The notes beneath the pieces were generated by a model. It was not told the DNA's origin. It saw only the letters and a list, made by a program, of their open reading frames with translations, and did not search any database. Both the position numbers and the translations under genes were made by a program. A stretch of 64,000 bases of DNA, from positions 5,440,001 through 5,504,000 of the forward strand of contig OY761556.1 of NCBI GenBank assembly GCA_963664705.1, read 5' to 3'. This document shows positions 37,762 to 46,249 of the stretch, in pieces; the first letter of the stretch is position 1; each line of letters begins with the position of its first letter. The DNA is from Acidobacteriota bacterium. GTDB lineage: Bacteria > Acidobacteriota > UBA6911.

Positions 37762-38577
37762 CTATTCTTCCAGCTTTCTGTTCTTGGCTTCAGGAGTCTT
37801 TACCGCATTTTGAAGGCTGCGCAGCAGTTCTTCTATCTGGGCGATCTCGTCCTCTGCCGCAAGCTCTCTGGCCCGATGGAGGGCGGCAATGGCGAGTATG
37901 AGGTCTCCATTGATTGCGTGGATAAGGCCTAGATTGAAATGGACGCTGGCGGAACTGGGCTCAATGACGGCGGAAATATCGTAATGAAGACGAGCCAGCC
38001 GGAACTCCCCTGCTTCGAAATAGAGATGTGCCAGGTTGAAATGTGCCTCAAAATGGCGAGGGTCATGGCGTAGAGCCTTGGTAAATTGATCGAAGGCTCC
38101 CGTTGTATTGTTTGCTTCATAATCGAGAATTCCCAGGTTGCAGTATGCATCGGAAATGCACTCGCCGCCTTGTATGGCCTTTGTATACATGTCTACTGCC
38201 CGTCGATCCCCCTGCTCGTGCAGGATCAGCGCCTCTTCAAATGGGCTGAGGCGGATGGGAAGCTGCAGGAGCCGGCCTCCCTTTTCCGGGAAGAGGTTCA
38301 GCTGCCCATTCAATTCCGCTTCAATCTGGCGCGTGGACATTCCCTGGTTGCGAAGCTCACGGGCGCGGCGGAACTGAGTTAAGGCGTGGAAATCATATCG
38401 AAGTTCGCCCTCCGGGCTCGCGGCGCAGGATTGAATGATGCCCTCGCGCGTCCATTTACGGATCGAGTGTTCGCTCAATCCGAATTGACGGCTTATTTCA
38501 CGGACGGTGTAGGTCGCCTGAACTCTCTGAAGCCCCTGGGATTGAGCTGCTTTCGGAAACTCAAGGACGACGCTCAT
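37762..38577 (-). CDS. MerR-type HTH + TPR protein
   Basis: YTVREISRQFGLSEHSIRKWTREGII...RYDF, then TPRs (DAYCNLG, EAHFNLA, VHFNLG). Confidence 0.85.
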   Translation of the reverse strand: MSVVLEFPKAAQSQGLQRVQATYTVREISRQFGLSEHSIRKWTREGIIQSCAASPEGELRYDFHALTQFRRARELRNQGMSTRQIEAELNGQLNLFPEKGGRLLQLPIRLSPFEEALILHEQGDRRAVDMYTKAIQGGECISDAYCNLGILDYEANNTTGAFDQFTKALRHDPRHFEAHFNLAHLYFEAGEFRLARLHYDISAVIEPSSASVHFNLGLIHAINGDLILAIAALHRARELAAEDEIAQIEELLRSLQNAVKTPEAKNRKLEE

Positions 38578-38692
38578 AGTGGTTCAAGATTCCTCTGACA
38601 TGCGGAATTCCGATCTCACGAATCGCTGGCTGCCATTCTTCTGCTGTGATTCAGGCTACCGACTCCTCTTTATAACACAGCGGCAGTTTTCC

Positions 38693-39538
38693 TCAAGCGC
38701 GTTTTCTTCCTTTTGAGGCTTTCGCTTCTGCCGGCTCTTTGCCCGTTGCTTTGATCATCCGGTGCCGTTGAGTTTTTGCCTGCTCAATGCTTTGTTTCAG
38801 CGCCTTCATAATATCGACAATGGGCTGTGGCTCTTCCCCGACGGTAATGACTTCCTTCCCGCGAATTTTTGCGTCAATAATCTCCCGAAGCGCATCGTCG
38901 TACCGGTCGCGCAGCTCAATCTCCACAAGGGGTTTGGTCATGGTATCCAGGAGATTGCGCGCAAGCTTCAATTGCTCGGTGTCGACCGATTGAGTCTTCA
39001 TCTCGGGAACATCTCTCATCGATCGGATTTCGCCGGGATATCTCAGTTTATAGAGCACCAGCCCGCCATCGTGTGGAGAGATGGAGACCATGTCCTCGCG
39101 ATCGCGGAGCACAACTCTTCCCACGCCGACTTTACCGCTGTCCCGAAGCGCTTCATAAAAGAGAGAGTAGGTGTTTGCTGCCACAGCCCCGTCCGGACCG
39201 ACGAAATACGGGGATTCGTATAACATCGGGTCCATGTCGGCCGCGCTGATGAATCCCTCAATGTCGACAATCTTCGTGCTTTCGAGACGCACTTTTGCAA
39301 AATCCTCCGGCTCGATGATCACGTATTGTTCCGGTTCGTACTGGAATCCTTTGACAATATCCTGAGTCGAGAGCACCTGGTTGCATTTCTTGCAGCGTTT
39401 GTCATAGCCGACCGGTCCATTGCATGACCGGTGTACCTGGTTGAATTTGATGCTCTCCGCCGGATCGATTGCGCTGTACAGGCGGACGGGTATGGTAACA
39501 AGCGAAAAACGAATGTGACCTTTCCAGATAGATCGCAT
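38693..39538 (-). CDS. ku: Non-homologous end-joining protein Ku
   Basis: RSIWKGHIRFSLVTIPVRLYSA, IVKGFQYE, PYFVGP, DRYDDAL, DIMKALKQSI, basic tail. Confidence 0.95.
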   Translation of the reverse strand: MRSIWKGHIRFSLVTIPVRLYSAIDPAESIKFNQVHRSCNGPVGYDKRCKKCNQVLSTQDIVKGFQYEPEQYVIIEPEDFAKVRLESTKIVDIEGFISAADMDPMLYESPYFVGPDGAVAANTYSLFYEALRDSGKVGVGRVVLRDREDMVSISPHDGGLVLYKLRYPGEIRSMRDVPEMKTQSVDTEQLKLARNLLDTMTKPLVEIELRDRYDDALREIIDAKIRGKEVITVGEEPQPIVDIMKALKQSIEQAKTQRHRMIKATGKEPAEAKASKGRKRA

Positions 39539-39575
39539 GATCGGCACCTCTCTACTAAAACAGTACCACATGGGC

Positions 39576-39626
39576 CTTTGAGTCTTCGAGTCTTCGAGGT
39601 AAACTCAAAATCTCGAAGACTCAAAG
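39576..39626. promoter_or_regulatory. Perfect 15-bp inverted repeat in the ku/mqnC divergent spacer
   Basis: CTTTGAGTCTTCGAG (39576-39590) / CTCGAAGACTCAAAG (39612-39626). Confidence 0.55.
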
Positions 39627-39627
39627 T

Positions 39628-40698
39628 ATGCCCGAATATTTCCGAACGGAAAAAACTGACTACATACTCGCCAAAGCGCTGGCAGGTGACCGGCTTTCGG
39701 CGCAGGAAGCCCTGGATCTCTATCATGAGGCCGACTTCCTCAAAGTGATTGCCGCCGCGCGCGAAATGCGCAATCGCAAACAGGACCCCGCTGTTGTGAC
39801 CTATACGATGTTTCGGATCGTGAATTACACGACGATCTGCAACGTGAATTGTCTGTTCTGCAGCTATCATCAGCCTCCGGGATCTCCAGCAGGCGTGGTT
39901 TTGTCCATTGAAGCCGTCGGCGAGAAAATGCAGGAAGCCGTTGCGCTTGGCGCCAACCAGCTTTTCCTTCAAGGCGGAGTCAATCCGGACATCCCGTTTG
40001 ATTATTATGTGCAGGTCATTGGCAGCATCAAAAAGAGGTTTGGCCAGGATATCCATATCCGCGCCTTTTCCCCGGTTGAGCTCCTCTTCATGGAACGATC
40101 CACGGGCATGCCGCTGCGCGAGGTCATCCGTCGGCTGAAAGCGGCCGGCATGGATTCTGTACCGGGGGCTGGCGCGGAAATACTCAGCGATAGAATGCGG
40201 TCCCTCCTCTCTCCGAACAAAGGCTCGGTCGCGGATTGGGTACGGGCTATGCGCACCTGCCACGAGGAAGGTTTGCCCGGCAGCGCGAATATTGTGATCG
40301 GATCGTGTGAAACTCGTGAGGAAATCATCGAACACCTTCGCATTGTCCGGGAGCTTCAGGATCAAACCCGGGGCTTTCTTGCATTCATCCCGTGGACCTT
40401 TCAAAGACAGACAAACCGATTTCAGATTCGTAATGTCCCGGCGCCCGAATACTTGAAGCTTCTTGGAATATGCCGGCTATTTCTCGACAATATCGCTCAT
40501 ATCGAGGCGTCTATCCTGGTATTGGGTCGTGGCACGGGGGCGATTGCGCTTCAGGCCGGGGCTGACGATATCTCCTCGGTGGTGATTGAAGAAAACGTTC
40601 TGACGAGCCATGGACTGAATACGGAGGAACAGGCGCGGGAGTTTATTCGGGAAAGTGGTTTTACTCCGATGAAACGGGATCTTCTCTACCGAATCTGA
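39628..40698 (+). CDS. mqnC: CofH/MqnC-family radical SAM enzyme, probably cyclic dehypoxanthine futalosine synthase
   Basis: [46 protein letters not shown]. Confidence 0.8.
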   Translation: MPEYFRTEKTDYILAKALAGDRLSAQEALDLYHEADFLKVIAAAREMRNRKQDPAVVTYTMFRIVNYTTICNVNCLFCSYHQPPGSPAGVVLSIEAVGEKMQEAVALGANQLFLQGGVNPDIPFDYYVQVIGSIKKRFGQDIHIRAFSPVELLFMERSTGMPLREVIRRLKAAGMDSVPGAGAEILSDRMRSLLSPNKGSVADWVRAMRTCHEEGLPGSANIVIGSCETREEIIEHLRIVRELQDQTRGFLAFIPWTFQRQTNRFQIRNVPAPEYLKLLGICRLFLDNIAHIEASILVLGRGTGAIALQAGADDISSVVIEENVLTSHGLNTEEQAREFIRESGFTPMKRDLLYRI

Positions 40699-40701
40699 CC
40701 G

Positions 40702-41214
40702 CTATTTGTCCGTGAGTTCTTTGGCAAGCCGGTAGAAGCGGATGGCGTTATCGACATCGCCCAGTTCTTTGCAGAGGGCCGCTTTAAAGGTGTAGATATC
40801 TGCTTTGTTGGCGTTGGAAAACGGTATTGGGGCGGCCAGGCTGGAATCCATTATCCTCTGGGCAAGAATGAATTGCTTTGCCTCGAAAAGCTTATAACCG
40901 ATCGTCAGCAGGCTTTGGGCAATGGGTCCTTCGAATTTGGCACCCAGTCTGAGATCGAGCACCTTTTTCCACTCCGGCTCAACCTGGTCATAAGTTTTGT
41001 TTTCGATGAGAAGCAGGATGAGTTCATGCTGAACGGCGGCTGTCTTGAGTTTTCTTTGAACGTCGGCGCCTGTTTCATCAGGGACAGCGTTGAGCGGCTG
41101 AACAGCGACGGCAATATTGGTCTGGATGAACCCGACTGATGAGATAAAAAGGAAGAAGAACAACAGCGCTCTATAGTTTTTCTTCACAATTATCTTTTTG
41201 ATATGAGTAAACAT
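40702..41214 (-). CDS. Hypothetical exported helical (TPR-like) protein, third gene of the ECF module
   Basis: N-terminal hydrophobic segment, TPR-like C-terminus; AGCGGGAG upstream. Confidence 0.65.
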   Translation of the reverse strand: MFTHIKKIIVKKNYRALLFFFLFISSVGFIQTNIAVAVQPLNAVPDETGADVQRKLKTAAVQHELILLLIENKTYDQVEPEWKKVLDLRLGAKFEGPIAQSLLTIGYKLFEAKQFILAQRIMDSSLAAPIPFSNANKADIYTFKAALCKELGDVDNAIRFYRLAKELTDK

Positions 41215-41235
41215 GTTGTTCTCCCGCTACTGCGC

Positions 41236-41745
41236 TCAACGCCCGTTCAAATATGCTTCAAACGGGTTTTTCCCTGCAAAACGGAGCGGAGCTCCGTTGA
41301 CATCGATGCTGAATGGATTGCCGGTATTGGGTCTCGTTGCCAATGCCGCCCGCGAACGATCGATTTCGGCGAGGATTCTGCCGTTTTCAACCCCCTGCCG
41401 CACGTGAATAGCCGAAATAATAACCGCAAACAGAAGGATGGGAGCACAGGCGTACGCCCACGCTCTGGGTTTGAAAGACAGTCGAAACAGGGCCAGAAAA
41501 TCCGATAAACGACGGTTCTCAGGTTCGGAATCAATTCTTCTGAAAAGCTGGGCTTTGATGTGCGCCGGAGGCTGCATTTCGGGCAGAGCCTGCCGTAGCG
41601 CCTTCTCGCCAAATTGAACAAGCTCCAGGACGGAGGCGCAGTGCTGGCAGGATTCAAGGTGCCGCTCTAAATCCTGTGCGGCATGTCCGGAGAGCTCTCC
41701 GTCGACGTATGCCGATAATAAATTTTCCAGCCTGCAATGGCTCAT
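41236..41745 (-). CDS. Zinc-finger (zf-HC2) transmembrane anti-sigma factor
   Basis: LLSAYVDGEL...HLESCQHC, single TM, follows the ECF sigma gene. Confidence 0.9.
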   Translation of the reverse strand: MSHCRLENLLSAYVDGELSGHAAQDLERHLESCQHCASVLELVQFGEKALRQALPEMQPPAHIKAQLFRRIDSEPENRRLSDFLALFRLSFKPRAWAYACAPILLFAVIISAIHVRQGVENGRILAEIDRSRAALATRPNTGNPFSIDVNGAPLRFAGKNPFEAYLNGR

Positions 41746-41757
41746 TTTAACCCTTTT

Positions 41758-42372
41758 TTACTTCCGCATCTTTTCTGCAATGATCATTCGGGCTCGATGT
41801 ACATCCATCTTGACCGATGAAATACTGCGCCCGACAATTCCCGATATTTCCTGGTAACTCAGTCCCTGCAATGTGGCCAGTATCAGTGTCTCTCTATACT
41901 GTATCGGAAGCTTTTTGAACACTGTTCGTATCTTCTGTCCCAGTTCGGCCGAAATCAGTTTGTGTTCCGGGTTGCCATCCAGATCCGGGCTCTTCAGAAC
42001 GAGTATCAACCCGTTTTCATCATCGTCCAGTGAATCGGGCCTTAATTTTATCTTCCGGTGCCTTTTATAAACTTCATTTCGGGCTATCTTATACAGCCAC
42101 TGTTCAAAATGCTCCAGCTCGCGAAGGCCTTTTAGGTTTCGATAGGCCAGGAAGAACGTGTTTTGAGTAACATCTTCCGCGTCTTCCTTGACCCCAACCA
42201 TATGGGATGCGAAGTTAAAAATCTTCGCAGCGAACAGGTCGTAAATATCTGAAAAGGCCTGGGAATCCCCGGTCGCAGCTTTCTGCAGCAAACTCTCCAG
42301 AGGAGAATTCGATGCCTCCGCTTTTGCGCCGTCCGGCGAAACCGTGTTGTTTAGCCTCTCCATTGTTCCCAT
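41758..42372 (-). CDS. ECF sigma factor
   Basis: GDSQAF, DAEDVTQNTF, WLYKIARN, LSYQEIS...SSVKMDVHRAR; start 42372 or 42363. Confidence 0.93.
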   Translation of the reverse strand: MGTMERLNNTVSPDGAKAEASNSPLESLLQKAATGDSQAFSDIYDLFAAKIFNFASHMVGVKEDAEDVTQNTFFLAYRNLKGLRELEHFEQWLYKIARNEVYKRHRKIKLRPDSLDDDENGLILVLKSPDLDGNPEHKLISAELGQKIRTVFKKLPIQYRETLILATLQGLSYQEISGIVGRSISSVKMDVHRARMIIAEKMRK

Positions 42373-42553
42373 GCAAAAGGTGTCCGGTTGAGAAATTGCC
42401 GGGCTCTATTGTGCACGTAACTGGAAACATTGGCAACTCCGGTTCGCGGATCCAGCTGCTTGCGCGGACCTGCATTTATATCGATCTGCAAGATAGGAAA
42501 AGGTCACAACTATTTTTATATATATAACTAACAGCTTTTAAAAAAGGTCCCAC

Positions 42554-42590
42554 AAAAAGAAAAAGGGCGGCGCTTTGAGGCGCCGCCCTG
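42554..42590 (-). terminator. Rho-independent terminator of the S-layer-like gene
   Basis: Minus strand AGGGCGGCGC-CTCAAA-GCGCCGCCCT-TTTTCTTTTT. Confidence 0.85.
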
Positions 42591-42611
42591 AAAGGCAAAC
42601 TAGGCAGAAGT

Positions 42612-44108
42612 CTAGTTGTTCAGGCCTGTCCCGTAGAGTACGAGCAGAGGATAGCCCTGAGCCATAACGCTGAAGCTCGGATCAGCAATGAAGCTGACGC
42701 CATGGGCATCGCTGAAGTTGGTCTGGAAGAAGACCTGACCCTGGAAGCTTGTCACGCCAGCGGCAGCGCCGAGGTCAGACAGCAGAACTGACCATTCGCC
42801 ACCAGCCGGGATCTGACCAGCTGTATCCAAGCCGAGACCGGGCTTTACAGTTGCGCTGGTCTGGATGACCAGAGGCGTGGTGCCATCAGCAGGAACCAAC
42901 CAAGCTTTGACGGTTCCGGGCTGAGCGGCAGCAAAGAACGGTGTCGCCGGAGTCAAACCAACGGCGGCGATTCTGTTGACGCCAGTCGGGTTGCCAATTG
43001 CGAAACCGGTGTTGAATCCAGGTACCCATGCACTGAACGGGGTATACAGCAGCGTCATTGCCTGTCCAACAGCGAAGGAAATGGCTGTGTTAACCGTTCT
43101 GGCAGCATAGCGAATCGGGCTCTGGCCGGCCTGTGTTCCCACTGCGATAGGCAGAACTGCGGTAGCCGAAAGCGGAGGAGCAAGTGTCGCCGTGATGGCG
43201 GCGGTGCCGGGGGTCAGAGGTACCGGTCCAACAGCCGAGAAGGACATAGGAACGGTGATCGTATCCAGAAGCTGCGGATTCTGGCTGTAAATGTTGATGG
43301 TAAGACCAGTGGCGCTGGCCGAAACCAATCTAGCATCAAAAGAAGGAGTGCTAGTGGTCAGAACCTGGCCGGAAGTGTACCCGGTGGTGACGAACGTGAA
43401 TCCGGACGGCGGAGCCACGGTCAGGGCCAACTGGGTCGGGTTGGTGGCGCCCTTGGTTTCAAAGGCGTTCGCGAACAATTCAGTAATGATCACGTTACCG
43501 CTGGAGGTGCCGCCAGTCTGGGCAACCTGCGGGAAGGTGTAGGAGGTAGCCGTGAAAGCGATTACTTCGGTTACCTGCGCAACAGGAACGAAATTGTTGG
43601 TGATCGTGCCGACTCCAACGCTGTTCGTTACGGTGGCGTTAACAACTGTATTAATGGCTGCGCTGGTCGCGGCCACATTAACACGGACACCCGTGATTCT
43701 CACGAACTGCTGAGAAATCGGGGTGGCCACAGGGGCGCCTGCGAATGACAGCAGGATGGCGCTGCCAGGAGCAGTCGTGCTCACGGTCACGTTACCGGCT
43801 GTACAAGCCACCGGCGTGCCGAAGCTGGTGCTGGTGATCGGATTGTTGCTGTTGCAACCCAGCACGTAGATCTGCATATCGGTGATTGCCGATATCGGAG
43901 CGCTGTACGTGATTGTGATGCTTTCACCTACCGGAATCGTTCCAGTGACGAGAGGTACAAAGTCAACCTCGCCAACAAGCCCTGTCTGGGCATTTGGAGC
44001 GACTGCGATAGTTGCATACGTCGTGGTCATGCTTGTCTGGGCAAAAGAAGCAGCCGAGACGAGCAAGATCAGCCCGAAGGCCAAAGACAGAATTTTCACT
44101 GATTTCAT
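42612..44108 (-). CDS. Secreted Thr/Val/Ala-rich beta protein; S-layer-like
   Basis: Signal peptide (SAASFA-Q), very few charged residues, ITGVRVN, ITELFANAF, FNTGFAIGNP; AGGAG RBS, own terminator, long leader. Confidence 0.65.
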   Translation of the reverse strand: MKSVKILSLAFGLILLVSAASFAQTSMTTTYATIAVAPNAQTGLVGEVDFVPLVTGTIPVGESITITYSAPISAITDMQIYVLGCNSNNPITSTSFGTPVACTAGNVTVSTTAPGSAILLSFAGAPVATPISQQFVRITGVRVNVAATSAAINTVVNATVTNSVGVGTITNNFVPVAQVTEVIAFTATSYTFPQVAQTGGTSSGNVIITELFANAFETKGATNPTQLALTVAPPSGFTFVTTGYTSGQVLTTSTPSFDARLVSASATGLTINIYSQNPQLLDTITVPMSFSAVGPVPLTPGTAAITATLAPPLSATAVLPIAVGTQAGQSPIRYAARTVNTAISFAVGQAMTLLYTPFSAWVPGFNTGFAIGNPTGVNRIAAVGLTPATPFFAAAQPGTVKAWLVPADGTTPLVIQTSATVKPGLGLDTAGQIPAGGEWSVLLSDLGAAAGVTSFQGQVFFQTNFSDAHGVSFIADPSFSVMAQGYPLLVLYGTGLNN

Positions 44109-44171
44109 CTATCTCAATCTCCTATAGGATTTGATTGTTGGGTTCTGCATTGTGAAAATTGTGTTGATCGG

Positions 44172-44298
44172 TTGTTTAGCGCTAACGAATTAACGAAAAT
44201 TCCAGATTCTTCAGATGCGAACCCTGGCAGATTCCTCTCTGCCTACTTCTTATCTGAAGAGTGTCTGGGCTGAAAACCCAGACTTCTGCGCTAAGCAA
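44172..44298 (-). ncRNA. Candidate structured 5' leader of the S-layer-like gene
   Basis: Four nested complementary pairs: 44172-82/44288-98, 44208-16/44252-60, 44226-31/44238-43, 44263-69/44277-83. Confidence 0.5.
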
Positions 44299-44568
44299 TG
44301 ATAATGATCCATTGGTGATTGTAAAGTCACAAATATTTCATAATATTTTTATCTTTTCTATTTTAGCCAATAACTGAAGAGTTTTCTATTAGATACCGAT
44401 AATGTCCAAAGATGGAAAATTGTGAGCTGGCGCACAGGATAAGGCAATATTTCTCTTTACATTTTCTATAATTTGCCAATAATCTCAGTATCTATCTTGC
44501 AAGGCTAGTCCATTGCCTGAGGTAGTTCATTAGATCAGAACAGTCTTAAACCAAAGCCCGGAAGGATT

Positions 44569-46083
44569 ATGGCGATACGGTTCAGGTTAGCAGATATCAC
44601 CATGAGTAAGAAGCGCCGTCCCCTATGGGCGTTTTGGACCCTGATTGTGCTGATTTCCGTCTGCATCGTAACGTCTCTCGGCCAGACACTCCTGCAGTCA
44701 AGAAAGCATTCGGCTCCCACATCGACCTCGGAGAGAATCAGCCTGGCGTTGGACAATCCGGTTTTCAGCCCTCTGATGCCGAGCCGTTCCCGAATGCCGC
44801 AATTCCCGGCTGGCGCGCATGTGATTTACGGCGGGGATGTGCAGCCTCCGTCTTCTGAAGGCGTATGGTGGGCAGTGGGCGTCACTGCGGATTTAAGCGT
44901 GCCGGAGTCCTCAAGCGCAGCATCCGCTTCATCGGTTGCCGCCAGCGGGCGCAGCCTGCGCAGTTTCTTCCCGGTCCGTCGATCGATCAACTTCAATCGG
45001 CGCTCAAGCGCGGGCGATGCTGTCAATCTGGCAGTAACGGATCTTCTGGAAGCCTTGAAGGAGCGGGAACTCAAGCGTCAAGCAAACAAAGGCGAGGTCA
45101 TTGCCAATCCTTTTGAAGAAGCAGCCTTGAAGGAATCCTCCGAAAAACAGACGGCTTCGACGGAAAGAACGACCAAAGCCGCCGATGTCCAGACAACAAA
45201 AGAGGAAACCAAGCGAAGTCCGGAGGCCAGCGGCGGGACTTCTGTTCAGCGGCGCAATTTTGTTTTGATTGGCAGTTTTGCGGATCAGCTTCTCAGCCTT
45301 ATTCCTGCAAGTTCGGATCAGGGCTTCCTGCATAACGAATCAAGTACCAAAGCCTTTGGATTTGATATTGCCGATGCAAGACAATATTTCGATCTCAATG
45401 TGATACTGCGCAGCCAGGATAGTCAGGAATCTGTTGCCTTCGGCGACCTCAATGGCGATGGAGCGCTTGACGCTGTCGTAACCAACAAGCTGGTGAACCA
45501 GACGCTTGTTTACCTCAATGATGGACAGGGGAATTACACCCTTTGCACGGGCATATTTGGCGGCAACGGCCCCGCGATGGCGGCGATTGGCGAATTCAGC
45601 GAAGATAAATCGCCGGATGTCGCGATCATGCTTCAAGCGGACCGACGGATTGTTGCCGATGGAAAAGGGTTGAGAAAGTTCGTGTTTCTGCCGGCATCCG
45701 ATATTGCTACCGATGGATATTCTTCCATGCTGCCTTATGACTTCGATGGCGACGGGCTGCAGGATCTCCTGTTGGCGGATTACCGGAACTCAAGCACAAC
45801 TCTATACCGGAACGTTGGCCAAGGATTTTTTGCCGCCGCCGATGTTTTTGCACTGCAAACGATTCCGTTGCTACAGGTCAAATCGGATATCAACGGAGAT
45901 GGAATTGAGGATTTGATACTGGCACAGCGCGTGGGAAACCGTGTTTCAATCGTATACCAAAACGGCCTGGATGGCACATTCACCAGCCTGGCCAATACGA
46001 TTTTTGATTCCTCAATCTACTATGCTGTGGGCGATTTCGATCAGGATGGTGTGATCGATATCGCTATTGCCCGCCTTCGATAA
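44569..46083 (+). CDS. Membrane-anchored or secreted FG-GAP (VCBS) repeat protein
   Basis: GDLNGDGALD, DFDGDGLQD, DINGDGIED, GDFDQDGVID; N-terminal TM; start may be 44602. Confidence 0.85.
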   Translation: MAIRFRLADITMSKKRRPLWAFWTLIVLISVCIVTSLGQTLLQSRKHSAPTSTSERISLALDNPVFSPLMPSRSRMPQFPAGAHVIYGGDVQPPSSEGVWWAVGVTADLSVPESSSAASASSVAASGRSLRSFFPVRRSINFNRRSSAGDAVNLAVTDLLEALKERELKRQANKGEVIANPFEEAALKESSEKQTASTERTTKAADVQTTKEETKRSPEASGGTSVQRRNFVLIGSFADQLLSLIPASSDQGFLHNESSTKAFGFDIADARQYFDLNVILRSQDSQESVAFGDLNGDGALDAVVTNKLVNQTLVYLNDGQGNYTLCTGIFGGNGPAMAAIGEFSEDKSPDVAIMLQADRRIVADGKGLRKFVFLPASDIATDGYSSMLPYDFDGDGLQDLLLADYRNSSTTLYRNVGQGFFAAADVFALQTIPLLQVKSDINGDGIEDLILAQRVGNRVSIVYQNGLDGTFTSLANTIFDSSIYYAVGDFDQDGVIDIAIARLR

Positions 46084-46139
46084 CCTTCCACTGGCATCAT
46101 TATTTCCGGGGTTGGTACCTCGGGTTTTCGTCAAAAACA

Positions 46140-46206
46140 AAAGCGCCACGAATTGCACAAAGTTCACGAATGCCCCTCGTGGAATTTGCGCAATTCGTGG
46201 CGCTTT
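46140..46206. repeat. Long inverted repeat between convergent genes (REP-like or bidirectional terminator)
   Basis: AAAGCGCCACGAATTGC (46140-46156) / GCAATTCGTGGCGCTTT (46190-46206), with further imperfect pairing inside. Confidence 0.75.
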
Positions 46207-46249
46207 ATCTTTTCAGAGACTAAAGCCCGTCAAGTCAGGTCCTATGCCG

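Noticed and set aside
38693-39538. Phage Gam/Ku as a prophage marker
   Set aside because: Full-length cellular Ku with a basic tail; no phage genes nearby.
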